A DNA stretch of 27,866 bases from a virus (IMGVR_UViG_3300008262_000828:1-27866), one strand, 5' to 3'; numbered from the stretch's first letter, positions 1 to 7,231 are shown. A program made the numbers and translations. The notes: generated by a model not told the origin, from the letters alone.

Positions 1-1
1 A

Positions 2-562
2 ATTGAAAATTTTGAATTTACTGTTCTTGAAAACAATATTCTCAATGAAACAGATGCAAAACTCAAAGAATCATATTTCATTCAAGAATATGATACATAT
101 AAACACGGTTATAACGCTACTTTAGGTGGAACCGGTGGAGATATGAGTCATTATGATTCTTGGAAAGAAGCTATTAAAATCCATCACTTAAATAGATCTA
201 AAGAATCATATGCCTCTCACGGTATGAGAGGAAAAAAGCATACTACAGATGCTATAAAGAAGCAAGCACTGGCTAGAAAAAAACATTGGGATTCTTTATC
301 CATTGAAGAAAGATCTCTTAGAGGAAAAAAACTTTCTGGTGAAAACAACGGGATGTTTGGTAAAACACCAAAAAACAGTGTACGTATTTTATATAATGGT
401 ATAGAATATAATTCTATTGCAGATGCCAGTAGATCTACTGGGCATTCTGCTAAATTTTTGAAAAAACATGGAGAACTATATAATGAGCACTTTGACCAGT
501 CCAAATCCGCTGTGGGTAGAGCGCTACAGACCCAAAACAATCAAGGACACTATCCTTCCTGA
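2..562 (+). CDS. GIY-YIG homing endonuclease with NUMOD3/NUMOD1-like DNA-binding tail (5'-partial)
   Basis: Frame is open from the window edge: IENFEFTVLE...E..FIQEY.T...GYNATLGG.GG (end of a GIY-YIG domain), then GKKHT..AIKK and SGENNGMFGK (NUMOD3) and NGIEYNSIADASR. AT-rich relative to flanks; overlaps the gp44 start. Confidence 0.85.
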   Translation: MENFEFTVLENNILNETDAKLKESYFIQEYDTYKHGYNATLGGTGGDMSHYDSWKEAIKIHHLNRSKESYASHGMRGKKHTTDAIKKQALARKKHWDSLSIEERSLRGKKLSGENNGMFGKTPKNSVRILYNGIEYNSIADASRSTGHSAKFLKKHGELYNEHFDQSKSAVGRALQTQNNQGHYPS

Positions 563-1430
563 AGATTTGAAGAAGGTATTCCAACAGTTTGTTGATCAGA
601 AAAACATTCCTAATCTCATTCTCTCTGGTACGGCAGGTGTTGGTAAGACAACTGTCGCCAAAGCCATGTGTGAAGAACTTGGTTGCGACTATATCGTAAT
701 CAACGGCTCGATGAATGGTAACATCGATACTCTGCGTAACGACATCTCACGTTTTGCAAGTTCGGTCTCTTTGTCCGGCGGCCGTAAGATGGTTATCCTT
801 GATGAGGCTGACTATCTCAATGCTCAGTCTACTCAGCCAGCTCTTCGTAACTTTATGGAAGAGTTCAGTGCCAATTGTGGTTTCATTCTAACTTGTAACT
901 TTGTTGATCGTATCATCGAGCCTCTCCACTCTCGTTGTTCGGTTATCAAGTTCAAGATTCGTAAGTCTGAACTTCCGGAACTCGCCAAGCAGTTCCTTCG
1001 TCGTGTTTGTGGTATTCTAGATAATGAAAGTGTAACCTATGATAAATCAACTGTCGTCGAAGTTATCAAAAAGCATTTCCCAGATTGGCGTCGAGTTATC
1101 AACGAACTCCAACGTTACAGCGCTACTGGAAGTATTGATACCGGTATCCTGCGTAACTTTAGCGATGATTCTCTCGGCAAACTAATTGGTTACATGAAGG
1201 ACAAGAACTTCACTGCTGTTCGTAAGTGGGTTGCTGAATCCGACATGGATACCAATGAGTTCTTTCGCGCATTCTATGATAAGGCTGAAACTTATCTGGT
1301 TGCCGGTAGCATTCCAATGTTGGTGCTTCATCTTTCTAAGTACCAGTATCAGAATTCATTCGCTGCTGATCCTGAAATCAATCTCGTTGCTTGTCTTACC
1401 GAGATCATGGCTGACTGTACGTTTGCATGA
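483..1430 (+). CDS. gp44: Sliding clamp loader large subunit (RFC-like AAA+ ATPase)
   Basis: LWVERYRP, Walker A GTAGVGKT, Walker B ILDEAD, SRC motif; GGAGA RBS at 470-474 favours ATG 483. Confidence 0.97.
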   Translation: MSTLTSPNPLWVERYRPKTIKDTILPEDLKKVFQQFVDQKNIPNLILSGTAGVGKTTVAKAMCEELGCDYIVINGSMNGNIDTLRNDISRFASSVSLSGGRKMVILDEADYLNAQSTQPALRNFMEEFSANCGFILTCNFVDRIIEPLHSRCSVIKFKIRKSELPELAKQFLRRVCGILDNESVTYDKSTVVEVIKKHFPDWRRVINELQRYSATGSIDTGILRNFSDDSLGKLIGYMKDKNFTAVRKWVAESDMDTNEFFRAFYDKAETYLVAGSIPMLVLHLSKYQYQNSFAADPEINLVACLTEIMADCTFA

Positions 1431-1618
1431 CCTGGTTCGCTCGGAACAAAACCTGTGCCGTGTGTGAAGAGAAGTATCTCAAGAGTGTACCGTTCCATGA
1501 AATGCGGTTGAATACCGATGATGGAATAGTCTCTCTTGAGATTTGTGAGAACTGCGCAGACTTCTTTGATAAGTCTGCTGAATTGAATATGAAGGGTCGG
1601 AGCAATGAACCCATTTGA
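1427..1618 (+). CDS. Small zinc-ribbon-like protein
   Basis: CAVC...CENC; ATGA overlap with the gp44 stop and overlap with the gp62 start. Confidence 0.7.
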   Translation: MTWFARNKTCAVCEEKYLKSVPFHEMRLNTDDGIVSLEICENCADFFDKSAELNMKGRSNEPI

Positions 1619-1997
1619 TTTTGTAACATCCATTAATACGTCGAAGAAGAACCTGATGAAGGGAACTGAAAACGACGAACTAGCCGAAAAGACTTATAGC
1701 CCATGGCTTACTAACAAAGCTCTTTCATACTTTGCAGACACTATTCATGCTGCAAATATGATGAACTGCAACCACCATCTCGACCATAAGCTTCAATATT
1801 CTTTCTTGATAAATATTATACGACCCAGTAAACGGTTTTCCAAATGGGTGAAGAAAGAAAAGGATGAAGATCTTGAAGCTATCATGGAACATTTCGGATA
1901 CAACCGTCAAAAAGCCAAGACCGCTCTCGAGCTCCTCACACCTGATCAGATAAAAACAATAAAGAAAAAGCTTGATAAGGGTGGGATAAAAAGATGA
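1605..1997 (+). CDS. gp62: Clamp loader small subunit
   Basis: MNPFDF..SIN..K, Y.P..N..LS.F.D, QY.FL...R..KRFSKW.K; lies between gp44 and regA. Confidence 0.93.
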   Translation: MNPFDFVTSINTSKKNLMKGTENDELAEKTYSPWLTNKALSYFADTIHAANMMNCNHHLDHKLQYSFLINIIRPSKRFSKWVKKEKDEDLEAIMEHFGYNRQKAKTALELLTPDQIKTIKKKLDKGGIKR

Positions 1998-2389
1998 GTT
2001 TAATCGATAGTTTAATTGAGGTGAGACTTGGAGAAGAAGACGATTTCCTAAAAGTACGCGAGACACTGACACGCATTGGAGTTGCATCACGTAAGGATAG
2101 CACACTCTATCAGTCATGCCACATTCTGCATAAGCAGGGCAAGTACTACATTGTACACTTCAAGGAATTGTTTGCTTTAGATGGCAAGCCTTCAAACTTT
2201 TCAGATGAAGACAAAGGTCGCAGAAATACAATTGTTCAGTTGCTTTCAGACTGGGGATTGATCGCGGTTGTAGAACCAGAAAAGATCAAAGCTCCTGTGA
2301 CTCCACTGAGCCAGATTAAGATTCTTCCGTTCAAGGAAAAGGACCAATGGAGCTTAGTTACCAAATATAATATTGGTCGAAAAAAATAA
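1994..2389 (+). CDS. regA: Translational repressor RegA
   Basis: DFLKVRETLTRIGVAS...LYQSCHILHKQGKYYIVHFKELFALDG signature. Confidence 0.97.
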   Translation: MSLIDSLIEVRLGEEDDFLKVRETLTRIGVASRKDSTLYQSCHILHKQGKYYIVHFKELFALDGKPSNFSDEDKGRRNTIVQLLSDWGLIAVVEPEKIKAPVTPLSQIKILPFKEKDQWSLVTKYNIGRKK

Positions 2390-2411
2390 GTCATTCATTA
2401 TATTGAAAAAT

Positions 2412-2447
2412 AAAAATGCACTTGGTTGATTCTGAGTGCATTTTTTT
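2412..2447 (+). terminator. Stem-loop/terminator fused to an early promoter
   Basis: AAAAATGCACT-loop-AGTGCATTTTTTT; near-copy at 11852-11891. Confidence 0.75.
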
Positions 2448-2448
2448 A

Positions 2449-2477
2449 TGTACATTATATCAAAGTTTTGATATACT
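2449..2477 (+). promoter_or_regulatory. Early sigma70-like promoter
   Basis: TGTACA-17 nt-TATACT followed by the conserved AAGAATATAAGGAATG. Confidence 0.8.
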
Positions 2478-2505
2478 AAGAATATAAGGAATGAAGGAAT
2501 ACATA

Positions 2506-2724
2506 ATGATTACGAATCTCTCTGGTGGCGCTTTCGAATTGCGGACTGGTCGTAAATGGACCTGGGGTATTAGCCCCTTTCGTGAAGGCGAAGCATTGAA
2601 ACTTCGCTGGGAAAAGGTTGGACCAATTGGTGGTCGGCACTTCTTTGAGATTGATGGAGTTCAGTACTCTGCCAAGCAGATCTCTCCGCATCTAAAAGAT
2701 ATTCAGATGCATAATTCTTATTGA
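2506..2724 (+). CDS. Hypothetical early protein
   Basis: AAGGA RBS, directly behind a promoter. Confidence 0.75.
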   Translation: MITNLSGGAFELRTGRKWTWGISPFREGEALKLRWEKVGPIGGRHFFEIDGVQYSAKQISPHLKDIQMHNSY

Positions 2725-2749
2725 CATTATTTTGAAAATATACTATACT
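2721..2749 (+). promoter_or_regulatory. Early sigma70-like promoter
   Basis: TTGACA-17-TATACT plus the same downstream motif. Confidence 0.85.
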
Positions 2750-2774
2750 AAGAATATAAGGAATGGAGATCAAT

Positions 2775-3167
2775 ATGCTTACTCTTACTGATATCAACAC
2801 TGCCACCAATAGCCGTGATGGTGACATCTACTCGGACCTGTACAAGGACGTGTATGGTAGTCGTCCTCGTTACGCTCAGTTCGAGTCGGTCGAAGAGTTC
2901 GATAAAGATTTTGAATTCCTTGTCAATCGCCTGAACGAGCAAAGCGCTCAAGAAGCCATCGAGCAGCAAAAGAACTTTGCTGACTTCGTTACTCGCGTTG
3001 AGGAAACGATGCAGATCGTCCAGGGTTGCACTCGCGAACGTGCAATCGAGATCATTGCTGATGCACATGGCATTAGCGCTGATGAGTTTAACTTCTATGG
3101 TCTCGAGTCTCTCGAGTATAAGTTCGACCTCAAATTTGGTTCCATTGCTCGGTGGTTGTCGGAGTAA
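2775..3167 (+). CDS. Hypothetical acidic early protein
   Basis: GGAG RBS; YSDLYKDVYG.RPR motif that I recall from phage hypothetical proteins. Confidence 0.85.
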   Translation: MLTLTDINTATNSRDGDIYSDLYKDVYGSRPRYAQFESVEEFDKDFEFLVNRLNEQSAQEAIEQQKNFADFVTRVEETMQIVQGCTRERAIEIIADAHGISADEFNFYGLESLEYKFDLKFGSIARWLSE

Positions 3168-3481
3168 TGACTAATCTCTCTGCGTGGTTGGATGACGATC
3201 CTATGGTGAACGAGATTCAGACGTTGTCTGAAAAGATTCGTCAGCGTAGGACACAGATGATGATTCATTCGTATCTGTACTATGTTCTTGATGATAACGT
3301 CATCGACGATCATACGTGGCAAAAATGGGCTGATGAGCTTACCGAACTACAGAAGCAAAAGAAGGTAATAGGATTTTATGATGAAGCCTTTGCAGACTGG
3401 ACCGGTGCCACTGGTACTCATCTACCCTTCGATCCTTGGGTAATACAAAGAGCAAAAATTTTGTCGTTGCACAAAAAATAA
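3167..3481 (+). CDS. Stand-alone protein resembling subdomain Ia of NAD-dependent DNA ligase
   Basis: HSYLYYVLDDNVIDDHTW...EL resembles LigA H.Y.Y.V.D.P.I.D.EYD...EL; TAATG coupling to the upstream gene. Confidence 0.65.
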   Translation: MTNLSAWLDDDPMVNEIQTLSEKIRQRRTQMMIHSYLYYVLDDNVIDDHTWQKWADELTELQKQKKVIGFYDEAFADWTGATGTHLPFDPWVIQRAKILSLHKK

Positions 3482-3484
3482 TGG

Positions 3485-3513
3485 TTGACATTTTTATCAA
3501 AATGTACTATACT
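3485..3513 (+). promoter_or_regulatory. Early sigma70-like promoter
   Basis: TTGACA-17-TATACT plus AAGAATATACGGAATG. Confidence 0.85.
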
Positions 3514-3541
3514 AAGAATATACGGAATGAAAGGAAATATT

Positions 3542-3826
3542 ATGACTAACGTTGAAATTCAGGCTCTCGAATCTCTCTTCCCGGCTCCTACCGGCCAAAA
3601 CGCTCTTGCCTATTGGATCCCAATTGCAATGCGGGAAAAGGTTCTGGCTATGTATCGTGACGCTGGAATTTCGGTTCGTGCTCGCTATCGTGGCCCACGT
3701 GCCGTTTCTATTGGTCGCGAAATGACTCGCAATGATAAGACTACTTATCTTCGCTCACGTCATCGTGCAATGCAGGATTGTCTTTTGGCCGACGCCACTC
3801 ACTTCTCTGTTTATGTTAGGAATTAA
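3542..3826 (+). CDS. Hypothetical basic protein
   Basis: AAGGA RBS; RARYRGPR motif. Confidence 0.8.
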   Translation: MTNVEIQALESLFPAPTGQNALAYWIPIAMREKVLAMYRDAGISVRARYRGPRAVSIGREMTRNDKTTYLRSRHRAMQDCLLADATHFSVYVRN

Positions 3827-3828
3827 TC

Positions 3829-4020
3829 ATGTCGAATTCTAAAGATGTAAATGTCAATTTTCCGATTTTTGGAATCCTTGGTCTCATCTTTATCACGCTG
3901 AAACTGACTGGTCATATCACTTGGTCGTGGTTGTGGGTATTGGCTCCTTTCTGGATTCCAATCTCTATCGGTCTCTTGATTTTTTTAATTGTTTTTATCA
4001 TCGCTTTCATTCGCGGTTGA
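3829..4020 (+). CDS. Small two-TM membrane protein
   Basis: LIFITLKLTG.ITWSWLWVLAPFWIP, a recurrent phage membrane-protein pattern; AGGA RBS. Confidence 0.8.
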   Translation: MSNSKDVNVNFPIFGILGLIFITLKLTGHITWSWLWVLAPFWIPISIGLLIFLIVFIIAFIRG

Positions 4021-4045
4021 TATATATTATATAATGGAGTATCTT

Positions 4046-4207
4046 ATGGAAGTCGAATTGTTTGCATTTCCAACTATGGAAAATCCAAAGGCAGTAGAAG
4101 TAACTTTCTGCGAACTATTGAACGCTAAGCGTCGTGGTGAATCTTTGCCAGTCGAAGCTCTTGACTGGATGGACACCGCTAACACTTGGTTGTTGGAGTC
4201 GAAGTAA
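4046..4207 (+). CDS. Hypothetical protein (53 aa)
   Basis: GGAG RBS upstream of ATG 4046; coupled to the next gene. Confidence 0.7.
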   Translation: MEVELFAFPTMENPKAVEVTFCELLNAKRRGESLPVEALDWMDTANTWLLESK

Positions 4208-4387
4208 TGATTAAGGAAGCAAAAGGCGGTACGTTCGCACCAGCAGACATGCCTATTCTGAAGAACGCTTTGTTCTACTACAAGGATATGCTTGTCAAGT
4301 CTGAAGAAAGCGAACGCAATACGTCGTACGTCGGATGAGCTAACCAAGGTTGCTCTTCTCCTCCATCGAATAGGTCGTATCGCCTAA
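4207..4387 (+). pseudogene. Small gene frameshifted by a 7-nt tandem duplication
   Basis: MIKEAKGG... stops at 4338; removing one TACGTCG copy (4320-4333) restores a 57-aa ORF ending ...DELTKVALLLHRIGRIA. Confidence 0.6.
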
Positions 4388-4393
4388 TCAATT

Positions 4394-4470
4394 GCGCCGT
4401 TAGCTCATCTGGATAGAGCGCGAGACTTCTAATCTTGAGGCAGCAGGTTCGAGTCCTGCACGGCGCACCA
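4394..4470 (+). tRNA. tRNA-Arg(TCT)
   Basis: Cloverleaf GCGCCGT/ACGGCGC, loop CT-TCT-AA, CCA. Confidence 0.95.
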
Positions 4471-4475
4471 ATTCC

Positions 4476-4551
4476 ACTCCTGTAGCTCAACGGTCAGAGC
4501 TGGCCCCTCATAAGGGCTAGGTTGGGGGTTCGATTCCCTCCAGGAGTACCA
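4476..4551 (+). tRNA. tRNA with CAT anticodon (Met or lysidine-type Ile2)
   Basis: ACTCCTG/CAGGAGT, loop CT-CAT-AA, CCA; lacks initiator features. Confidence 0.9.
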
Positions 4552-4552
4552 T

Positions 4553-4630
4553 GTCACGGTGGCAGAGTGGTCCAATGCACAGGTCTGCAAAACCTGAAAG
4601 CCGCGGGTTCGAATCCCGCCCGTGACTCCA
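4553..4630 (+). tRNA. tRNA-Cys(GCA)
   Basis: GTCACGG/CCGTGAC, CT-GCA-AA, U73, CCA. Confidence 0.95.
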
Positions 4631-4646
4631 TTTTTGAGTACGTATA

Positions 4647-5090
4647 ATGATTGAACAAGCAAAGCAAGCAATCCTAGACTCGAGTCCGCAGTCATCGGTT
4701 TACATCGGTTGTGACTCGATTCGTTTTCGTAAGAACAAGATGTGGTATGCTAAGTACAGCACTGTTATCATTGTTCATATGGAATCTAAAAAGGGTTGCA
4801 GGTTGTTTCACAGTTCAGTAGATATGCCAGACTATGGTAACCTAAAGCAACGTTTGTTGACAGAGGTCCAGTATGCTGTAACAGCTGCAACTGATATTAT
4901 TGATGTTCTTGGTGATCGCCATATGGAAATCCATTTGGATATCAATCCGAATCCAAAGCACAAGTCATCCGTGGCTGTGAAGGAAGCGCTTGGCTGGGTA
5001 AAGGGATCTCTCGGTATCGATGCCAAGATTAAACCTTCTGCTTTCGCAGCTACTCATGCTGCTGATCATGCGGTACGTCACTTAAACTAA
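4647..5090 (+). CDS. RNase H-like YkuK (DUF458) family protein
   Basis: VYIGCDS...Y.TVIIVH...G...RLL.EV...EIHLDIN...IKP.AFAA.HAADH. Confidence 0.85.
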   Translation: MIEQAKQAILDSSPQSSVYIGCDSIRFRKNKMWYAKYSTVIIVHMESKKGCRLFHSSVDMPDYGNLKQRLLTEVQYAVTAATDIIDVLGDRHMEIHLDINPNPKHKSSVAVKEALGWVKGSLGIDAKIKPSAFAATHAADHAVRHLN

Positions 5091-5099
5091 AAATAATTG

Positions 5100-5128
5100 T
5101 TGACATTTTTGTTCTTTTGTTATAAATA
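5100..5128 (+). promoter_or_regulatory. Promoter for the tRNA block: TTGACA plus T4 late box
   Basis: TTGACA at 5100-5105; TATAAATA at 5121-5128. Confidence 0.7.
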
Positions 5129-5137
5129 TGGTTTCAT

Positions 5138-5213
5138 GGACTTGTAGCTCAATCGGGAGAGCGCCAGCTTGTCACGCTGGAGGTAGTGGGATCGAAACCC
5201 ATCAAGTTCGCCA
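5138..5213 (+). tRNA. tRNA-Asp(GTC)
   Basis: GGACTTG/CAAGTTC, TT-GTC-AC, CCA; atypical T-loop ATCGAAA. Confidence 0.93.
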
Positions 5214-5260
5214 GTTTGATAATTATTTTTAGCATTTGTGTATAAGATACCAACATGCTG

Positions 5261-5282
5261 TATAAATATCTCTAAGGAGATA
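5261..5282 (+). promoter_or_regulatory. T4 late promoter plus RBS-sequestering hairpin of the HNH gene
   Basis: TATAAATA at 5261-5268; hairpin TATCTC-TAAG-GAGATA at 5267-5282. Confidence 0.7.
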
Positions 5283-5286
5283 ATAT

Positions 5287-5682
5287 ATGGCTAAAGGTTT
5301 TGTTTCACCAACTGCTGGTAAAAATTATCATGGATTAGTAGAATACTCTAAGAGTAGACGAACATCTAATGAAGATATGTTTGTTGATAAATGTACTATT
5401 GCAAGACATCATGTTAAAAAAAGACTAATAGAAGAAAAATTAGTCCCTTATAAGTGTGATGATTGTGGAATAACTGATGAATGGAATGGTAAAACATTAG
5501 TTCTTCAGCTTGAACATAAAAATGGTATAAGCAATGATAATAGGTTAGAGAATCTTTCGTTTCTTTGTCCAAATTGTCATAGTCAAACTAAAACATATGC
5601 GGCAAGGAATCGCAAGAATCCTTCTCGTAAACCAAAACCTTACATTGATAAGGATGGTTACCAAAGAAACGTGTCGGTGTAG
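5287..5682 (+). CDS. HNH homing endonuclease
   Basis: CDDCG...LQLEHKNG...DNRLENLSFLCPNCH; AT-rich insertion within the tRNA cluster. Confidence 0.92.
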   Translation: MAKGFVSPTAGKNYHGLVEYSKSRRTSNEDMFVDKCTIARHHVKKRLIEEKLVPYKCDDCGITDEWNGKTLVLQLEHKNGISNDNRLENLSFLCPNCHSQTKTYAARNRKNPSRKPKPYIDKDGYQRNVSV

Positions 5683-5746
5683 TGTAACGGTAGCACGACG
5701 GCTTCCAACTCCGTTAGTCAGGGTTCGAATCCTTGCACCTTCGCCA
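5673..5746 (+). tRNA. tRNA-Trp(CCA), degenerate
   Basis: D and T arms intact, loop TT-CCA-AC, G73-CCA; two mismatches in the acceptor stem (GTCGGTG/CACCTTC) and one in the anticodon stem. Confidence 0.75.
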
Positions 5747-5807
5747 CTTTTCTATTCTGGCACCCTCGCCAGACTTGTTCTTTGACATCGTTAGAAACTC
5801 TTTATGT

Positions 5808-5883
5808 GCGTCTATAGCTCAGTTGGTAGAGCACACCCCTGATAAGGGTGAGGTCGTAGGGTCGGAGCCTACTAGACGCACCA
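5808..5883 (+). tRNA. tRNA-Ile(GAT)
   Basis: GCGTCTA/TAGACGC, CT-GAT-AA, CCA; aberrant T-loop GTCGGAG. Confidence 0.9.
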
Positions 5884-5889
5884 AACATT

Positions 5890-5979
5890 GGAAGCGTGTC
5901 AGAGTGGTCGATTGATACAGTCTTGAAAACTGTCGTACCTTTGCGGGTACCGTGGGTTCGAATCCCACCGCTTCCTCCA
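5890..5979 (+). tRNA. tRNA-Ser(TGA)
   Basis: GGAAGCG/CGCTTCC, CT-TGA-AA, long variable arm, CCA. Confidence 0.95.
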
Positions 5980-5980
5980 T

Positions 5981-6055
5981 GCGGACGTAGCTCAGCGGTA
6001 GAGCTTCTCGTTGCCAACGAGAAGGTCGTGGGTTCGAATCCCATCGTCCGCTCCA
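5981..6055 (+). tRNA. tRNA-Gly(GCC)
   Basis: GCGGACG/CGTCCGC, TT-GCC-AA, U73, CCA. Confidence 0.95.
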
Positions 6056-6057
6056 AT

Positions 6058-6132
6058 GGCCCCGTCGTCTACTGGCTAGGACACGTCACTTTCACTGACG
6101 AGAAGGCGGATCGAAACCGCTCGGGGCTACCA
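6058..6132 (+). tRNA. tRNA-Glu(TTC)
   Basis: GGCCCCG/CGGGGCT, CT-TTC-AC, CCA; T-loop ATCGAAA. Confidence 0.92.
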
Positions 6133-6139
6133 AGTTTTA

Positions 6140-6225
6140 GGAACGTGGGCAGGACGGTAATGCAGCACCCTGCTAAGGTGTACTACCTTAGGGTAGACAG
6201 GGTTCGACTCCCTGACGTTCCGCCA
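6140..6225 (+). tRNA. tRNA-Ser(GCT)
   Basis: GGAACGT/ACGTTCC, CT-GCT-AA, variable arm, CCA. Confidence 0.95.
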
Positions 6226-6248
6226 AGATGAGGGAAACGCTAGGGCAA

Positions 6249-6309
6249 TGTCAGACGGTGCCTGCGTAGCGGGTGTCGTGAGGTGCTGGTTATCCGGCGG
6301 GGTCTGACA
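6249..6309 (+). ncRNA. Putative small structured RNA
   Basis: Closing stem TGTCAGAC/GTCTGACA around two GC-rich hairpins, between two tRNAs. Confidence 0.45.
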
Positions 6310-6318
6310 CGAGTTTAT

Positions 6319-6394
6319 GGTGGTCGAGGTGTTAATGGATACATGCTGGATTGTGAATCCGGAGTTGCGGGCTCGATACCCGTCGATCACCCCA
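6319..6394 (+). tRNA. tRNA-His(GTG) with G-1:C73
   Basis: G-GTGGTCG/CGATCAC-C, TT-GTG-AA, CCA; A at position 8, T-loop CTCGATA. Confidence 0.9.
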
Positions 6395-6395
6395 T

Positions 6396-6473
6396 GGGGG
6401 TATGGGCCAATTGGTTAGAGTCAGCGGACTTAAAATCCGCACAGTGTGGGTTCGAATCCCACTACCCCTACCA
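6396..6473 (+). tRNA. tRNA-Leu(TAA), no long variable arm
   Basis: GGGGGTA/TACCCCT, CT-TAA-AA, 5-nt variable loop, CCA. Confidence 0.9.
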
Positions 6474-6502
6474 AATTATTTTTTCATCCGTGCATTTTTT
6501 AG

Positions 6503-6531
6503 TTTACATTATTTTGAAAATGTACTATACT
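6503..6531 (+). promoter_or_regulatory. Early sigma70-like promoter
   Basis: TTTACA-17-TATACT plus AAAAATATAAGGAATG. Confidence 0.8.
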
Positions 6532-6556
6532 AAAAATATAAGGAATGGAAACTGAC

Positions 6557-6721
6557 ATGAACTACTACACTCGTGAAATTGCTAAGATTCTTGAAATTAG
6601 CCTTGATGATGCTCTTCGCATCCAAGACGAAATGGAATGCAATGGTTTTGATTTCAGCGAAGCAACTACTAATCAGTTTATGCGTGAAATTAAGTATCAA
6701 CGTTCAGCTTTGTCTATCTAA
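6557..6721 (+). CDS. Hypothetical protein (54 aa; not in ORF track)
   Basis: MNYYTREIAKILEISLDDALRIQDEMECNGFDFSEAT...; directly behind a promoter. Confidence 0.75.
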   Translation: MNYYTREIAKILEISLDDALRIQDEMECNGFDFSEATTNQFMREIKYQRSALSI

Positions 6722-6742
6722 TTTGAATTAAAGGAATTTGTC

Positions 6743-6940
6743 ATGGAAGTTTTTGCATTAATGGGTTCGATGGATGTCGAAGGTGATTATCTTCTCGGTG
6801 TTTACGCTTCTGAACAAGAAGCAGTAGATGCCTTAGGTGTTTACCTTCGGGATCAGACGATGGTGGACGAATATTATATCGATCGCCGTGTGCTAGGTGC
6901 ACATGCGGAATATGATTTCGGTCCTCATCGGTATCTGTAA
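6743..6940 (+). CDS. Hypothetical acidic protein
   Basis: AAGGA RBS; LLGVYAS..EA pattern common in small phage proteins. Confidence 0.8.
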   Translation: MEVFALMGSMDVEGDYLLGVYASEQEAVDALGVYLRDQTMVDEYYIDRRVLGAHAEYDFGPHRYL

Positions 6941-6949
6941 GTTTAACAT

Positions 6950-7025
<76 letters not shown>

Positions 7026-7029
7026 TTTC

Positions 7030-7105
7030 GGACGGTTAGCTCAGTAGGTAGAGCAACGGGCTTTTAACCTGTAGGTCCTGGGTTCGAGCCCCAGACCGTC
7101 CACCA
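7030..7105 (+). tRNA. tRNA-Lys(TTT)
   Basis: GGACGGT/ACCGTCC, CT-TTT-AA, CCA. Confidence 0.95.
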
Positions 7106-7111
7106 GAATTA

Positions 7112-7202
7112 TCCGGTATTCTAGAACCTACCGGAGAGACCTAGCCAGACTAACAGACGGGGAACGCTGGCGAATATCGGATTCCTTACCGCGATCTAGA
7201 AT
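7112..7202 (+). ncRNA. Putative pseudoknotted RNA
   Basis: Hairpin TCCGGTA/TACCGGA whose loop TTCTAGA can pair with TCTAGAA at 7195-7201; internal stem GCCAG/CTGGC. Confidence 0.5.
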
Positions 7203-7231
7203 GGAGTTAACCGATAGGGTGTATAGAATAA

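Noticed and set aside
6226-6248. Hammerhead or HDV-like (theta) ribozyme after tRNA-Ser
   Set aside because: GATGAG..GAAAC lacks the CUGANGA core and flanking stems, and I could not build an HDV nested double pseudoknot.
2449-6545. CRISPR-like or tandem array from the repeated TATACTAAGAATATAAGGAATG
   Set aside because: Copies are irregularly spaced and each precedes a gene, so they are promoters.
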